DNA of 54,691 bases from a virus. Taxonomy: Duplodnaviria; Caudoviricetes. The translations under genes and the position numbers were made by a program. How positions within the stretch are numbered: position 1 is the stretch's first letter; each line of letters starts with the position of its first letter. The notes below the pieces were generated by a model. That model saw only the letters and a program-made list of their open reading frames with translations. It did no database searches and was not told where the DNA came from. Positions 43,697 to 53,471 of the stretch are shown one piece after another. The stretch covers positions 1 through 54,691 of the IMG/VR virus record IMGVR_UViG_3300020044_007012; one strand, 5' to 3'.

Positions 43697-45531
43697 TATT
43701 TGGACTCCTTCAAATATGCAAGTGGTGATTTGGCATTGGGACTGAATTTGCCTTTTGCGAGAACTTTGCCTTTGTGGGCGCGCAGTGCAGAGCGCATACC
43801 ATCCAGACGTTTGGCCCCTTCTTTGGTGGAGCCATCCCCAAGCATCGCAACAGTTTCAGCATCCATCACATACTCACCGTCAGAGAGCCGCGCATCAATC
43901 GTGTCAGCGCGCCCTGAGCCCGCTCCACGCGCCATGCGTGCCACCGTTGAAAGCGCGCCCCCTTGTGCGTAACCGGGCCGCTGCACGTCTCGATTGTAGG
44001 TGCCAGAGGCGATTTTGTTCCAGTTTCGTGCCATGTATTGCGTCAAATCCATGCCCATGCTGGCCGCATCACGCTGCATGCTGTCCCAGTCAAACGCCTG
44101 CGATGGGCGGTTAAAGTACTCCTGCTGCGCGGGCGACATTGCCTGTACAGCGGCTTGCACAGCGGGGGGGTTGCTCCCCAACGAGCCCAACATACCCACC
44201 AGCGGCAACGCCTTTAGCGCGGTGTCGGCGTTCAAACCGAACCCGGGTTTTGCCGCCGAAGCGACGCCGGAGCTCAGGCCCGAGAGCGCCGGGGTTTTGA
44301 GCCCTGCACCGGCTGGAATCTTGAGCGCGCCGGTGTCCGACACTACAGCCTGTGGGTTGGCGAGTTCGTAGCTGACGCTGAAATCTGAACCCGAGGAGAT
44401 CGGCTCCGAGACGTAGGCGGCGGGCACCTTCAAACCTTCAAGGCTTGAGCCCGCTTTCAAGCCGGAGTTGCTACGCACGCTGTCAACTGCGACCTCGGAG
44501 GGTTTGAGCATACCGGTAGCCAACCCCGACAGCCCGCCCGCGAGCGCGGAGGTCTTGGGGTCGTAACCGGCGGTCATCATGTTGCCGAAAGTGTTGCCGG
44601 CGTTCTTGAACGCCTCACCCCCCAGCCCGCCCACCGCCTGGCCCAGGTACTGCCCCCCGACGCCCTGCAGCGCGCCCTTCAGAACGCCCTGCCCGGTCAA
44701 CGCGCCCGAGGCCGCACCCACCAACCCGCTGCCGAGCAGCGCCTGGCCGCTTTCGCCGAGCCCCAGGCCCAACGCCTCGTTAGCCGCGCCGCCCACCGCG
44801 CCGCCCAGACCCCCGCCCAGGCCGCCCATCAGCGCCCCCCGGCCAATGTCGCCCCCGGTCAGGGCTGCAGTGCCCCCACCGACGAGCGCACCGCCCAGTA
44901 TTGACGCCCCCACCCCGGACGCGCCCAACGCGGTGCCGATGGCGGTGCCGAGCCCGGGGGCGAAAAACGACAGAGCAATAGGCGCTACCGCGCCGATAAC
45001 GTCGCCGAGGTCTTCAAACAGGTCGTCCAGGAAAAACTCAGGCAGCCCGGTGGCGGGGTTGATGGTGCCCGAGCCGCCAGCACGGCGCAGCATTTCCGCC
45101 TCACGCGGGTTGATGTGCGCCAACATGGTGTCGCCGTTACGGCCTTCACGGCGCAAACGCTCGGCGGCCTGCGCCAGCCCCCCGCGCGCCAGCTGCATAG
45201 GGGCGGCGGCTGCGGGCGGTTGGCCCTGTGCGGCGGACTGTTCGGCGAGCAGGTCTTCAAGAATGTAAAGCGCGGCGAGCACCGAAATCAGAAACGTCTC
45301 GTTGTACTGTTCGGGCAGGTCTTGGGGCTTGACGTAACCGTCAGCAACGGCGGCTTGGCGGACTTGGGGGTAAGCCTGCGGGGTGTTGATCGCAAACTCC
45401 AACATCTTGATGAGCTCGGCCAGCGCCTCGGGGGTGATACGCAGGGTTTGCATCTTCTGCTGCAACGCCTGCACCGCCTGTGGGAACTCGGGGTTCTGGC
45501 TGGCGATTTGTAAAATCTGCTGTTTGTCCAT
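43696..45531 (-). CDS. Putative internal virion/ejection protein (about 611 aa)
   Basis: GRNGDTMLAHINPRE...GSGTINP.TGLPEF, long Gly-rich hydrophobic stretch, GAGSGRAD.IDARLSDGEYV. Confidence 0.6.
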   Translation of the reverse strand: MDKQQILQIASQNPEFPQAVQALQQKMQTLRITPEALAELIKMLEFAINTPQAYPQVRQAAVADGYVKPQDLPEQYNETFLISVLAALYILEDLLAEQSAAQGQPPAAAAPMQLARGGLAQAAERLRREGRNGDTMLAHINPREAEMLRRAGGSGTINPATGLPEFFLDDLFEDLGDVIGAVAPIALSFFAPGLGTAIGTALGASGVGASILGGALVGGGTAALTGGDIGRGALMGGLGGGLGGAVGGAANEALGLGLGESGQALLGSGLVGAASGALTGQGVLKGALQGVGGQYLGQAVGGLGGEAFKNAGNTFGNMMTAGYDPKTSALAGGLSGLATGMLKPSEVAVDSVRSNSGLKAGSSLEGLKVPAAYVSEPISSGSDFSVSYELANPQAVVSDTGALKIPAGAGLKTPALSGLSSGVASAAKPGFGLNADTALKALPLVGMLGSLGSNPPAVQAAVQAMSPAQQEYFNRPSQAFDWDSMQRDAASMGMDLTQYMARNWNKIASGTYNRDVQRPGYAQGGALSTVARMARGAGSGRADTIDARLSDGEYVMDAETVAMLGDGSTKEGAKRLDGMRSALRAHKGKVLAKGKFSPNAKSPLAYLKESK

Positions 45532-45545
45532 TTCTGGCTCCAGTA

Positions 45546-45776
45546 TCAAGAAAGCGCCTGCGCGAAACGTTCCGCCCAGTCACGCCAATCTGCAAAATCG
45601 TAAGGCAAGGGCAAGTTTCGCCCCAGCGTGGTGTTGTTCAAAAACTGCATGGCCCAGTCCTGCCACTTTGCCTCGTCCTCCAGACGCCCAAGCGCACCGT
45701 AGCTGTCGAGGTCGAGCATCATCTGATCTGCCCAATCGCGCAGCTCCATCATGGATGGTCGTGTGATCGTGGTCAT
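45546..45776 (-). CDS. Trp-rich hypothetical virion protein (76 aa)
   Basis: W.DWA repeats. Confidence 0.65.
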   Translation of the reverse strand: MTTITRPSMMELRDWADQMMLDLDSYGALGRLEDEAKWQDWAMQFLNNTTLGRNLPLPYDFADWRDWAERFAQALS

Positions 45777-47299
45777 CCGAGCACCGTCTTGTCGCCGCTG
45801 TCAAGGTGGGCCAAGATTTGCCCCATCTGGTAGTCCCCGCCCACCGCGTTCGACTCAAACCGCACCCGCAACTCGCGGCGCTGTTCTTTGAGCATCACAA
45901 TCTGCTCAAATGGTTGATCGGCTGTCTCCGGGAAGGTGAAGTCGGTGCTGTAGACCTCGGGGGCACGAGCGTTGGCGCGGCCCGTGACACGAACCTGCAT
46001 GGGGCCTTTTTGCACAAAGTCGGGCTCAATAGCGCGGATGCTGACGTATTGGTTCTGCCCCTTGGCGACGGCGGAAATGTCAGCGGTTTCAAACCAAGAC
46101 GCAATCGGCTGCAGATTCTGGCCGTCAATCTCGTCGACGCCCTGCTCATGGAACCAGGTCTTGTATCCGCTGGCGGACTCGTCAACGCCGGTCATGATTG
46201 GGCAGGCGTAGGCGTTAGAGTAGGTCGATGCAGTGCGGCCCGCGTTGGGCAGCTCGCAGTCGTACCAGGTGTTCTCGCGCACGTTGTAGATGACCGCATG
46301 GGTGCATTCAGTGGCGTTGCCCCGGGGGTAGCACCACCACACCTCGCCGTAGCGGGGCACCTTCATGGCGAAAACTTTGGAGCGCTGGGAGGTGTTCAGG
46401 CCGTCAAAAAACCAGTTCAGGTTTAACTGATTGGGCACCTCGCGCACCACGCCGTTGAACATCAAAAACCGATCAACGCCAGCCCAGAAAAACACGCCGT
46501 CATAATCGATCACGCAATCGGGAGACATGATCGATGTTTCGGTGGCAATGGTGTCGAACTGGAACACCGTCGCGCCACCGGTAAATGTCATCCGGATGAC
46601 GGCGTCGTAGGCCCAGAAAATTCCCGCCGGAGCCGAGCCCGAGCCCGCGCGCAATGGCAGACCTTTGACAATTTTTTGACCCCACGCCCGCGCGATGCCC
46701 GAGCCGGAACCCGACAGGTCAGCGGGCTCACCCGCCACCGACCACCCGATCACGCCCGCGGTACCGTAGTACACCAGGTAAGGGTGCATCACCACCACGC
46801 CGCCAGTGGCGTTGGCCCCAGCCGGAAGGGTGACCTCGGTCAGCGCGGAAGTACCAATTACAGGACCAAGAAAAATTTGCCCGCCTGTGGCGTTGTCGAG
46901 CTGGTCGTTGTTGGGGGCCACGTGGGCAATGATTGTGTTCTCGGCGCTTGAGGCGTCGTACATGTAGTCAAACATCCACTTGTTGTCAGCCGAGGCGGTC
47001 AACGTGATGGGGGTGCGGCTGACCACCAGGGAGCTGTTTTTCTGTGGGTCGGTGGTGAAGCGGCTCAGCGAGCTGGGGCCGCCTGAGTGGAAATACACCG
47101 AGTTTGCTTGCGAGAAATTCGTGAAGCCGCGCGACACCTCGGGCAGGTACTTGCTCACCGAACGGTAGCCGCCAATTTTTCGGGGCAAGCCGCGCTGAAA
47201 CCTCACCCACTGACCATCGGTGTAGAAATCACCCTCAAACCGCGTGCCGTCGCGCTTGATGCCCGGGTTTGAACGCAGGATGAGCGGGGTGATGGGCAT
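45773..47299 (-). CDS. Putative tail hub/nozzle (P22 gp10 / tubular B-like) protein (508 aa)
   Basis: PGI.RDGT...DG.WVRF..G.P.KIGG start; EVWW.YP; beta-rich; precedes the ejection genes. Confidence 0.6.
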   Translation of the reverse strand: MPITPLILRSNPGIKRDGTRFEGDFYTDGQWVRFQRGLPRKIGGYRSVSKYLPEVSRGFTNFSQANSVYFHSGGPSSLSRFTTDPQKNSSLVVSRTPITLTASADNKWMFDYMYDASSAENTIIAHVAPNNDQLDNATGGQIFLGPVIGTSALTEVTLPAGANATGGVVVMHPYLVYYGTAGVIGWSVAGEPADLSGSGSGIARAWGQKIVKGLPLRAGSGSAPAGIFWAYDAVIRMTFTGGATVFQFDTIATETSIMSPDCVIDYDGVFFWAGVDRFLMFNGVVREVPNQLNLNWFFDGLNTSQRSKVFAMKVPRYGEVWWCYPRGNATECTHAVIYNVRENTWYDCELPNAGRTASTYSNAYACPIMTGVDESASGYKTWFHEQGVDEIDGQNLQPIASWFETADISAVAKGQNQYVSIRAIEPDFVQKGPMQVRVTGRANARAPEVYSTDFTFPETADQPFEQIVMLKEQRRELRVRFESNAVGGDYQMGQILAHLDSGDKTVLG

Positions 47300-48549
47300 T
47301 AGAACTCACCCCCCATGACCGGACCCAGCACGCCCCAGGCCTCGGCCTGCGTCACCGACACAAACAACGCATCGCCCGTGCCACCGCTTCCCAGCGTGGT
47401 GCGCCCGGCACTGGGGCTGGCTGCTGTAAACAGCGCGTTACCCACCGTGGTAGCGCCCAAGTTCACCCGTGCGCCCGAGGCCGTAGTTGCCCCCGTGCCG
47501 CCGTCAACCACAGCGATGGGGGTGGAAACCCCTGCCGTGTCCGCCAACACCACGTTGGTGCTGTCGCAGTACATGATGGCGCTCTGCCCCTGGTTGACCA
47601 CCACCCCGGTGCCCAATGCGGTCTTGACCGTCAGGGTGTGTGCGCCGGTGGTGTTGTTGGTCACCCAATACTGCTGCACCGTGGCCGGTACGACAATCTG
47701 ACGGTCCCCGGTCAGAAGCCCCGTAAAGCTGTACGCAATCCGGTTCAGCTCAGAGCCCGACAGCGTGTAAACGCCCGTGCCCGCGACGTTGATCGAGGTG
47801 TAATCAAACGCAAAAACAGATGCCTGGCCAAAGCCGACCGTGTAATAGGCCAGGCCATCGCACACGATGGTCGATGAGTCGCCAGGGTTGTAAATCTTGG
47901 TCGAGGAGCCGTCAATCAGCACCGCGCCAGACGGGTCAACGGTGACCGATCCACTCCCGGAGTTGCGGAACTCGATGAACCAGTTGGAGCCCACCGTTCC
48001 CGGGTCGGGAAGCGTCAGTGTGCCCGCCGCTCCATTCCACAGCAACAGCGTGGCTCGGTCGCCCTCGCCGGTTGAGTAGTTTGAGTTGAAAGTGAAAACA
48101 GGCAACGATTGCGAGAGCTCTGAGCCCACTGCCACCAGACCGGTACCGGCCAGCGCAGATGCGTCCGCCACGGAGCTTGATGCGCCATAAGCAAGAGATT
48201 GCCAAACGCCGCCGACGGTGGTATTGGAGGAAAGATAAACCTGCCACAGGGTGCCCGGGGTGACCACCACCACCTGCACGCCGGAGGCGTTCTTGACCGT
48301 GAAGCTGTGAGCGCCACGGTTGTTGAACAAAATCGTGTTGCCGGTGCCCGACTTGTTGGCGGCGGGCAATGTGATGATTCGCCCTGCCGCATCGGGCGTC
48401 ACATCCATGATGCGAGCGGCCAAATTTGCCGATGCCGAGGTTTCCTCTGGCCAGCTCAGTGTAATGTCGGCCACGAGCGCTGTGGCGCTGTAGCTGACGT
48501 CGCTCGGGTAGATGTTGGCACCGCCAAACACATCCTGATATATCGTCAT
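47299..48549 (-). CDS. Tail structural protein (416 aa)
   Basis: Beta-rich repeats (TLP.....G....N.G) and GGTGATTA..AR.NLG. Confidence 0.65.
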   Translation of the reverse strand: MTIYQDVFGGANIYPSDVSYSATALVADITLSWPEETSASANLAARIMDVTPDAAGRIITLPAANKSGTGNTILFNNRGAHSFTVKNASGVQVVVVTPGTLWQVYLSSNTTVGGVWQSLAYGASSSVADASALAGTGLVAVGSELSQSLPVFTFNSNYSTGEGDRATLLLWNGAAGTLTLPDPGTVGSNWFIEFRNSGSGSVTVDPSGAVLIDGSSTKIYNPGDSSTIVCDGLAYYTVGFGQASVFAFDYTSINVAGTGVYTLSGSELNRIAYSFTGLLTGDRQIVVPATVQQYWVTNNTTGAHTLTVKTALGTGVVVNQGQSAIMYCDSTNVVLADTAGVSTPIAVVDGGTGATTASGARVNLGATTVGNALFTAASPSAGRTTLGSGGTGDALFVSVTQAEAWGVLGPVMGGEF

Positions 48550-49175
48550 GCTTCACTCCGGTTGGCGCTTCTGTCCATGATGCGCTTGAGGTCTTCACCG
48601 CTCAATGCTTGCGCTGCGCGGTCGTACATGTTTTGCCAGGTGCCAATTCGCTCATCATTTTTCAAGAACGGCGAGGCCTCCAAAAGCGTGGCGTAAAGCA
48701 GCAAGTCGGGAGCGTACTCGGTGAGCCAGTTGGTCTGGAACTCATCATCAAGCAAGCGGGGCTGCTCGTAGTACAAAACCTCCAGCGTCAGCGCAGATGG
48801 TGGGGTGGGGGCAAAAAGCCAGTGTTGGTAGTCGTAGTCGGCGTAAAACTCAGGCTGAGCCGTCTCGGCCTCATCGGGCCAGTAGTTGCGCAGGTACTCA
48901 TACGAACGCGCAAAAACAGGACGGCCGCCAACGGTCATGCTGATGGTGTCGCGCCAGCGGTCGGGCTTGAGGTATGTTGAAACCCCGGCTTGCAGCGGGG
49001 TGGTCATGACGCGAATGAAGCCCTGGAGCTTGAGCTCCCTGGCAATCCGGCGCTCTCCCAGCGTGATCAGGCGAGGCAGTTGCTCGTAGACAATCTGGTC
49101 GCTCTCGGCGGTGAAACCCCGCTCAAGATAGCGGCGCACATCTTCGAGCAGGCTGCTGTACGTCATCGTGTACAT
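48546..49175 (-). CDS. Phage head-tail adaptor-like protein (209 aa)
   Basis: TY..L...V..YL, I.L.E.RI.R.L, PTP, NWL....PDLLLY..L.EA..F. Confidence 0.7.
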   Translation of the reverse strand: MYTMTYSSLLEDVRRYLERGFTAESDQIVYEQLPRLITLGERRIARELKLQGFIRVMTTPLQAGVSTYLKPDRWRDTISMTVGGRPVFARSYEYLRNYWPDEAETAQPEFYADYDYQHWLFAPTPPSALTLEVLYYEQPRLLDDEFQTNWLTEYAPDLLLYATLLEASPFLKNDERIGTWQNMYDRAAQALSGEDLKRIMDRSANRSEA

Positions 49176-49256
49176 GGGGACTCCAATTGGTTATGAAGCC
49201 GCTGTTACAGCGAGCGCAGTGTTGCGGGATTATAGGCTGGGCGGCTCATGAAGTCA

Positions 49257-49769
49257 TCAAGCAGCCATGGAAGTGGCGACTGTCTGAACGGCAGCCACGC
49301 GGCGACCCCAGCCCTTGCCAAACGTGCCCCAATGCGGCAAATCCATCAAGAACGACAGGCGGCGCTTGGCGTAGTCCTCGACCAGCTCGGCAGGGTTCAC
49401 GGCAGCCACGGCAGCCAGCGTCTTGGGGCCAATCCCACCATCAGGCTCAACACCCACACAGGACTGAAGCCATTTGGCTGCTCGCCCGGGACCGCTGTTC
49501 ACAGCAGCATCGAACACAGCGTAATCGACACCTGTCGGTAAATCGTCACCCCTGATCTTGTCCCAGTACTTGGCCTTGTACATGGGAGCCACAGCCGCAG
49601 GGGTCAGCTCGCGCATTTGCTTCTCGTCCACCGGGTGCCCCACCCACTCTTCCCAAACCTTTTTGGTCACGCCAAGGTTGGTCATACCGCCCGGGTCGGC
49701 AGGATGGTTTACAAACCCACCTTCGTGATGGAGCACGGCTTGCAGGGCTTCGGCAAAATTCTCTCTCAT
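49257..49769 (-). CDS. Endolysin, glycoside hydrolase family 108 with PG-binding domain (170 aa)
   Basis: HEGGFVNHPADPGGMTNLGVT, FDAAVNSG, DG.IGP.TL, FGKGW.RR. Confidence 0.92.
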   Translation of the reverse strand: MRENFAEALQAVLHHEGGFVNHPADPGGMTNLGVTKKVWEEWVGHPVDEKQMRELTPAAVAPMYKAKYWDKIRGDDLPTGVDYAVFDAAVNSGPGRAAKWLQSCVGVEPDGGIGPKTLAAVAAVNPAELVEDYAKRRLSFLMDLPHWGTFGKGWGRRVAAVQTVATSMAA

Positions 49770-50176
49770 TTCTTACCCTTCATGTCTGCCAACTTTTCGA
49801 CAGTGCGCCCGCCAAAGTACGCCAAGAAAATGATCTGCCCCCACTGGCCCAGCAGCTGGACGTAGGACTCTTGGGCGTTGTACCCAAAGGCAGACATCAT
49901 GGTGAACACAAAATACGCTACAAAAATAGCGATCAGCGCCATGGGCCGGATGTTCTTGGACAACACAGAATCGGACGCCATGTCGGATTTCCAACGGTCT
50001 GTGACGTTGTTTTGCTCTGTCTTATAGAGCTCGGTCTCGTTGGCCATCTTGGCCAGCTCGCCGTCTTGAGCCATCTTGGCCAGCTCCATCTGCGCCTTGG
50101 CCTTGGCCTCGGGGTCTGGGATCAGCTTGTCGATGAGCTTACCGCCCACGTTCAACAGTGCGTCAATTGCAAACAT
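49766..50176 (-). CDS. Holin (3TM, GTA-holin-like; 136 aa)
   Basis: LIDKLIPDP..KA.A, SKNIRP, two TM helices, YFGGR..EK; adjacent to the endolysin. Confidence 0.75.
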   Translation of the reverse strand: MFAIDALLNVGGKLIDKLIPDPEAKAKAQMELAKMAQDGELAKMANETELYKTEQNNVTDRWKSDMASDSVLSKNIRPMALIAIFVAYFVFTMMSAFGYNAQESYVQLLGQWGQIIFLAYFGGRTVEKLADMKGKK

Positions 50177-50178
50177 GC

Positions 50179-50601
50179 TCAGCCTTTCGAGGTGGTGATG
50201 CTGTCTTCGCCCTTGGACACCGTGACCTTCTCGCCTTCGACTGTGACCTTCATGGGCTGCTCTTTGCGGTCCAGCTTGTCCAGCTTGTCAATCAGGTTGC
50301 GGATCACCTCAAACTCAGGCTTCTCTTGCTTGGGGTTGGCCCCGGCAATACCGTTGAGCATGGCAATCAGCGCGGTCAGCGCGGCAGACACCAGACCGAT
50401 CACGGCGGCGATCTTGCTCTCTTCCAAGAACAGCGAAGCGCCCACACCGATCACAACGATCAGCGTGATGTAGAACAGCCCGTGTTTGCCGATGGCTCGG
50501 CCCGCCACGTCCTTGGCAGGAGAGTTGGCTTCCAGTCGGTTGAGTTCTGCTTTGGCATGCGCCTTCAGCATTTGGATTTCATGCGGTTGGTCGGTCATCA
50601 C
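50179..50601 (-). CDS. Two-TM membrane protein next to the lysis genes (140 aa)
   Basis: Two hydrophobic helices. Confidence 0.65.
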   Translation of the reverse strand: MMTDQPHEIQMLKAHAKAELNRLEANSPAKDVAGRAIGKHGLFYITLIVVIGVGASLFLEESKIAAVIGLVSAALTALIAMLNGIAGANPKQEKPEFEVIRNLIDKLDKLDRKEQPMKVTVEGEKVTVSKGEDSITTSKG

Positions 50602-50604
50602 GGC

Positions 50605-50775
50605 TTACTCAGGTTGTGGGTCCGCTGGCAGTGGCGTGTTGCCCTCTGCCAGCCACGCGAGATACTGCTGGTAGTCGCTGTTGGCGGGGTCGAAGGGAAT
50701 GAAGGCGTTGTCTGCGAGGCGCTTGATGCTTTTTGCCAATTCGCCATCAAGTCCGTTTAAAAGTTGGTACGTCAT
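50605..50775 (-). CDS. Small tail-fibre-assembly-like protein (56 aa), not in the ORF track
   Basis: [29 protein letters not shown] motif typical of genes following fibre genes. Confidence 0.7.
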   Translation of the reverse strand: MTYQLLNGLDGELAKSIKRLADNAFIPFDPANSDYQQYLAWLAEGNTPLPADPQPE

Positions 50776-50777
50776 TT

Positions 50778-51800
50778 TTAAAGCTCAATGGTTGCTGTGT
50801 AGGCAATGCCCGTAGGTACGCCGCCGCTGGTTGCGTTTGCATTGAAACCGTGCGTTGTGGAAGTCACCGTTCCAACCACTGCGCCAGAACCTGTAGTAAC
50901 AGCCACTGTTGGAGAGGCCCGCATGGTCACTGGAAACTGAACACCAACATAAGACAACGAAGGAAATATGCTTGTTTGAAGCGGCGCAGAGATGTAATAC
51001 CGCTGGCACATCATCAGCTCACGCCCGTAGTCCCTGCGTTCAAACGGGGTTGCTACGCTGCCAGCTTCAAGCTGTACGCCTGTGATCTGAAATGTTGCGT
51101 TCAGCATAGCGGCTGGCTGCTGAACACCAGACGACCATGTGTAGTTGCCGGATTGCCACGCATTGATTGCTGCGGTTTGTGTCGAAGTGGAGTCGCCCAG
51201 TGTCCAACTTACATACCCCCACCCTGAGTTTGTTTTGTTCCAAGTTCCAGAGGTGTCTCCGGGGATTGTCAGAGTTACGTACGTCCATGTGTTAGCCGTA
51301 GGTAGGCTGAACGAGGTTACATAACTGCGGGTTGCGTCATAGTTCCGAATAGAAAACGGGAACGTCCCTGCCAAAGATGACTTCGCCCAAAAAGACACTG
51401 TAACAGTGCTTGCTCCAACTGCGCCAAAACCAAAATCCGCACAGTTAAACCCCTCTGGAACTTGAAGAAGCCCGTTGTACTGCCCTGCTGTCAGTGACCC
51501 GGAAGCCGTAGTGGTAGTAATTCTCAAACTGTTAACAAAACCAGTGGGGGCATCTGTAATCTGTTGGGCGGTAAACCTGGCACTGGAGCTAACAGACATT
51601 CTGAAGCGGTCAACCGTGTAAACCGGGTCCGACCCGATGTTTGTTACTGCCACCCCACCATTACGCTGGTCAATCCGCATGTCACCGTTGATGATGCGGT
51701 TCACCCATCCTGTGCCACCATTACGCATGGAAACACCGTACAGCTTGGCTGACTGGCCTCCAGACGCATCGTAAATTGCATTCGTATTAACCTGACTCAT
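50778..51800 (-). CDS. Tail fibre / carbohydrate-binding virion protein (340 aa)
   Basis: [45 protein letters not shown]; AAGGAG SD before ATG 51800. Confidence 0.8.
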   Translation of the reverse strand: MSQVNTNAIYDASGGQSAKLYGVSMRNGGTGWVNRIINGDMRIDQRNGGVAVTNIGSDPVYTVDRFRMSVSSSARFTAQQITDAPTGFVNSLRITTTTASGSLTAGQYNGLLQVPEGFNCADFGFGAVGASTVTVSFWAKSSLAGTFPFSIRNYDATRSYVTSFSLPTANTWTYVTLTIPGDTSGTWNKTNSGWGYVSWTLGDSTSTQTAAINAWQSGNYTWSSGVQQPAAMLNATFQITGVQLEAGSVATPFERRDYGRELMMCQRYYISAPLQTSIFPSLSYVGVQFPVTMRASPTVAVTTGSGAVVGTVTSTTHGFNANATSGGVPTGIAYTATIEL

Positions 51801-52438
51801 TTCAACTCCTTGTAAGCCCAACGGAAACCGTGAGCAGATTTTGCCTTACCCATGCAACACTGCGTAATGCCGCTGCGAGTTTTCCCAAGAGCACTTGCCG
51901 CATCTGCAACCGATCCAAACACTACGCCATCATCCAATCGGATAACAGGCTTTGCTGGCTTCCCACCGCCTTCAGGGCGCTTTCTTCCGGTGTGCGCCTT
52001 GCTCGCACCAAGGTTTGTCTTGCCGCGCATTGGGCTTGGTTTTCCGTACATGCCGTTCAGTGAGCCGACAAGACGACCAACCATGTCAGGCCGTGTGCCA
52101 CCCTTGTTTGGATGTGCTTTGCCGTATCGGTGGTTTACCTTGCCAGAACCAGCGCCATCCAAGCCGTTCTCCAAAATAAAGTTTGCCCAGTCTTTGGAAT
52201 TTACGATGTCGTTTTCTTCACTGAACTTCAAGGCAGCGGCAACACAACGGTCTTTATCAAAGTACACGCCAAGAACGCCAGCAGTGATGTTTCGGCCATA
52301 AACCCGCATGTGCTTCTTCCAATACACGCCACTGCCTTTGTACCAATGCATGTTCTTCAGCTTTGAAGTCTTGCAAAAATACTTCAAGCCCGTGACGTTG
52401 TGAGTCATGACCAGAAGGGCGGTAGGTGCAAAAGACAT
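51797..52438 (-). CDS. Free-standing Seg/GIY-YIG-like homing endonuclease with NUMOD-type DNA-binding tail (213 aa)
   Basis: H..TGLKYF.KT...Y.GSG..W..H, N..YGK repeats, C-terminal F.SV.DAA...I..CC.G..KSA.G..W.Y. Confidence 0.7.
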   Translation of the reverse strand: MSFAPTALLVMTHNVTGLKYFCKTSKLKNMHWYKGSGVYWKKHMRVYGRNITAGVLGVYFDKDRCVAAALKFSEENDIVNSKDWANFILENGLDGAGSGKVNHRYGKAHPNKGGTRPDMVGRLVGSLNGMYGKPSPMRGKTNLGASKAHTGRKRPEGGGKPAKPVIRLDDGVVFGSVADAASALGKTRSGITQCCMGKAKSAHGFRWAYKELK

Positions 52439-52536
52439 CAGAACCCCATTGAGTTCGCAGGTGCTGCCACGCCGTACAGGACAGCATTGCTGCCGCCTGA
52501 TGCGTCATTGATTGTGTTGACTTTTAAGTTGCTCAT
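52438..52536 (-). pseudogene. 32-codon remnant homologous to the N-terminus of the 50778..51800 tail gene
   Basis: MSNLKVNTINDASGGSNAVLYGVAAPANSMGF* versus [32 protein letters not shown]. Confidence 0.7.
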
Positions 52537-53471
52537 GCTTGTCCTTTCAGGGCGGCGATCTCTGCGCCTTGTGCGTCAACGATGGCCTTGAGTTCTTGGA
52601 TCGCCGCTGTCAGAGTGGCAACCAAAAAGCTGGTGTCGATGCCTTGGTAACGTGGGTTGCCTTCGGGGTCCACGCCGTCTTTTTCGCCAGTCACTGCGCC
52701 CGGAATAACTTCTTGCAGTTCGTGAGCAATAAAGCCTTGGTCAAGCTCGCCAGTCTCTTTCCACCTGTAGGTCACGGGTTTCAGCGCGGTGACTTTTGCC
52801 AACGCCCCCTGCATGGGCTGCACTTGCTCTTTCAGTCGGTAATCTGATGTCGTGTTGTAGGATGTAGTGGAGCCAGCGCTTGTGATGGAGCCTACCCCAG
52901 TTACGCCGTTTACATTAAGCCGAAATTCAGCGAAATAGCGTGTACCTCCAACATCTTCATTGATTAGCGTAAGCGTTTGGTAGCCAGCGCTGATGTTGGC
53001 TATAGACATCCCGTACTGACTGCCTATAGCCTTGACATTGACTCGTGAGGTATTTGCATACAGGTTGCTCGTAGTCCCCACATACAGGATACCGCTGGAG
53101 TCGATACGGGCGCGTAATGTTCCACCAATAGACCAGTCGTAATAGCTGGAAGCAGAAGTGTTCCAAACAAACCCATCAGTACCTCCGGGCGTTGGTGTGC
53201 AGTCCATCGTTACGGAGCCTGTCTGCAAACGCAAAACGCCATTGTTTCCAAGTGTAAGTTTCTGCCCCGGCGAACTCGTCCCAATACCCACGTTACCGCT
53301 GGCATCTTTGTACACCTGACCAGAGCCGATGTTCAGCACATCAGACGAGTTGGTAATCAGTGTTGCCGTTTGATCCGGCAGCGTCAGTGTTCGGTCGGTA
53401 GAACCGGCAGGTGCTGAGATTGTGTAAGTTGCTGTCCCGGAGGCCGGGCTGCTCACGGCAATTTTGCTCAT
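52533..53471 (-). CDS. Tail fibre with C-terminal intramolecular chaperone (peptidase S74; 312 aa)
   Basis: GNVGIGTSSP; TSDYRLKE...LKP.TY.W...GFIAHEL.EV.P. Confidence 0.85.
   Translation of the reverse strand: MSKIAVSSPASGTATYTISAPAGSTDRTLTLPDQTATLITNSSDVLNIGSGQVYKDASGNVGIGTSSPGQKLTLGNNGVLRLQTGSVTMDCTPTPGGTDGFVWNTSASSYYDWSIGGTLRARIDSSGILYVGTTSNLYANTSRVNVKAIGSQYGMSIANISAGYQTLTLINEDVGGTRYFAEFRLNVNGVTGVGSITSAGSTTSYNTTSDYRLKEQVQPMQGALAKVTALKPVTYRWKETGELDQGFIAHELQEVIPGAVTGEKDGVDPEGNPRYQGIDTSFLVATLTAAIQELKAIVDAQGAEIAALKGQA

Noticed and set aside
51797-52536. Group I intron around the endonuclease
   Set aside because: The ORFs overlap on both sides, leaving no room for a ribozyme core, and the downstream gene has its own SD and start
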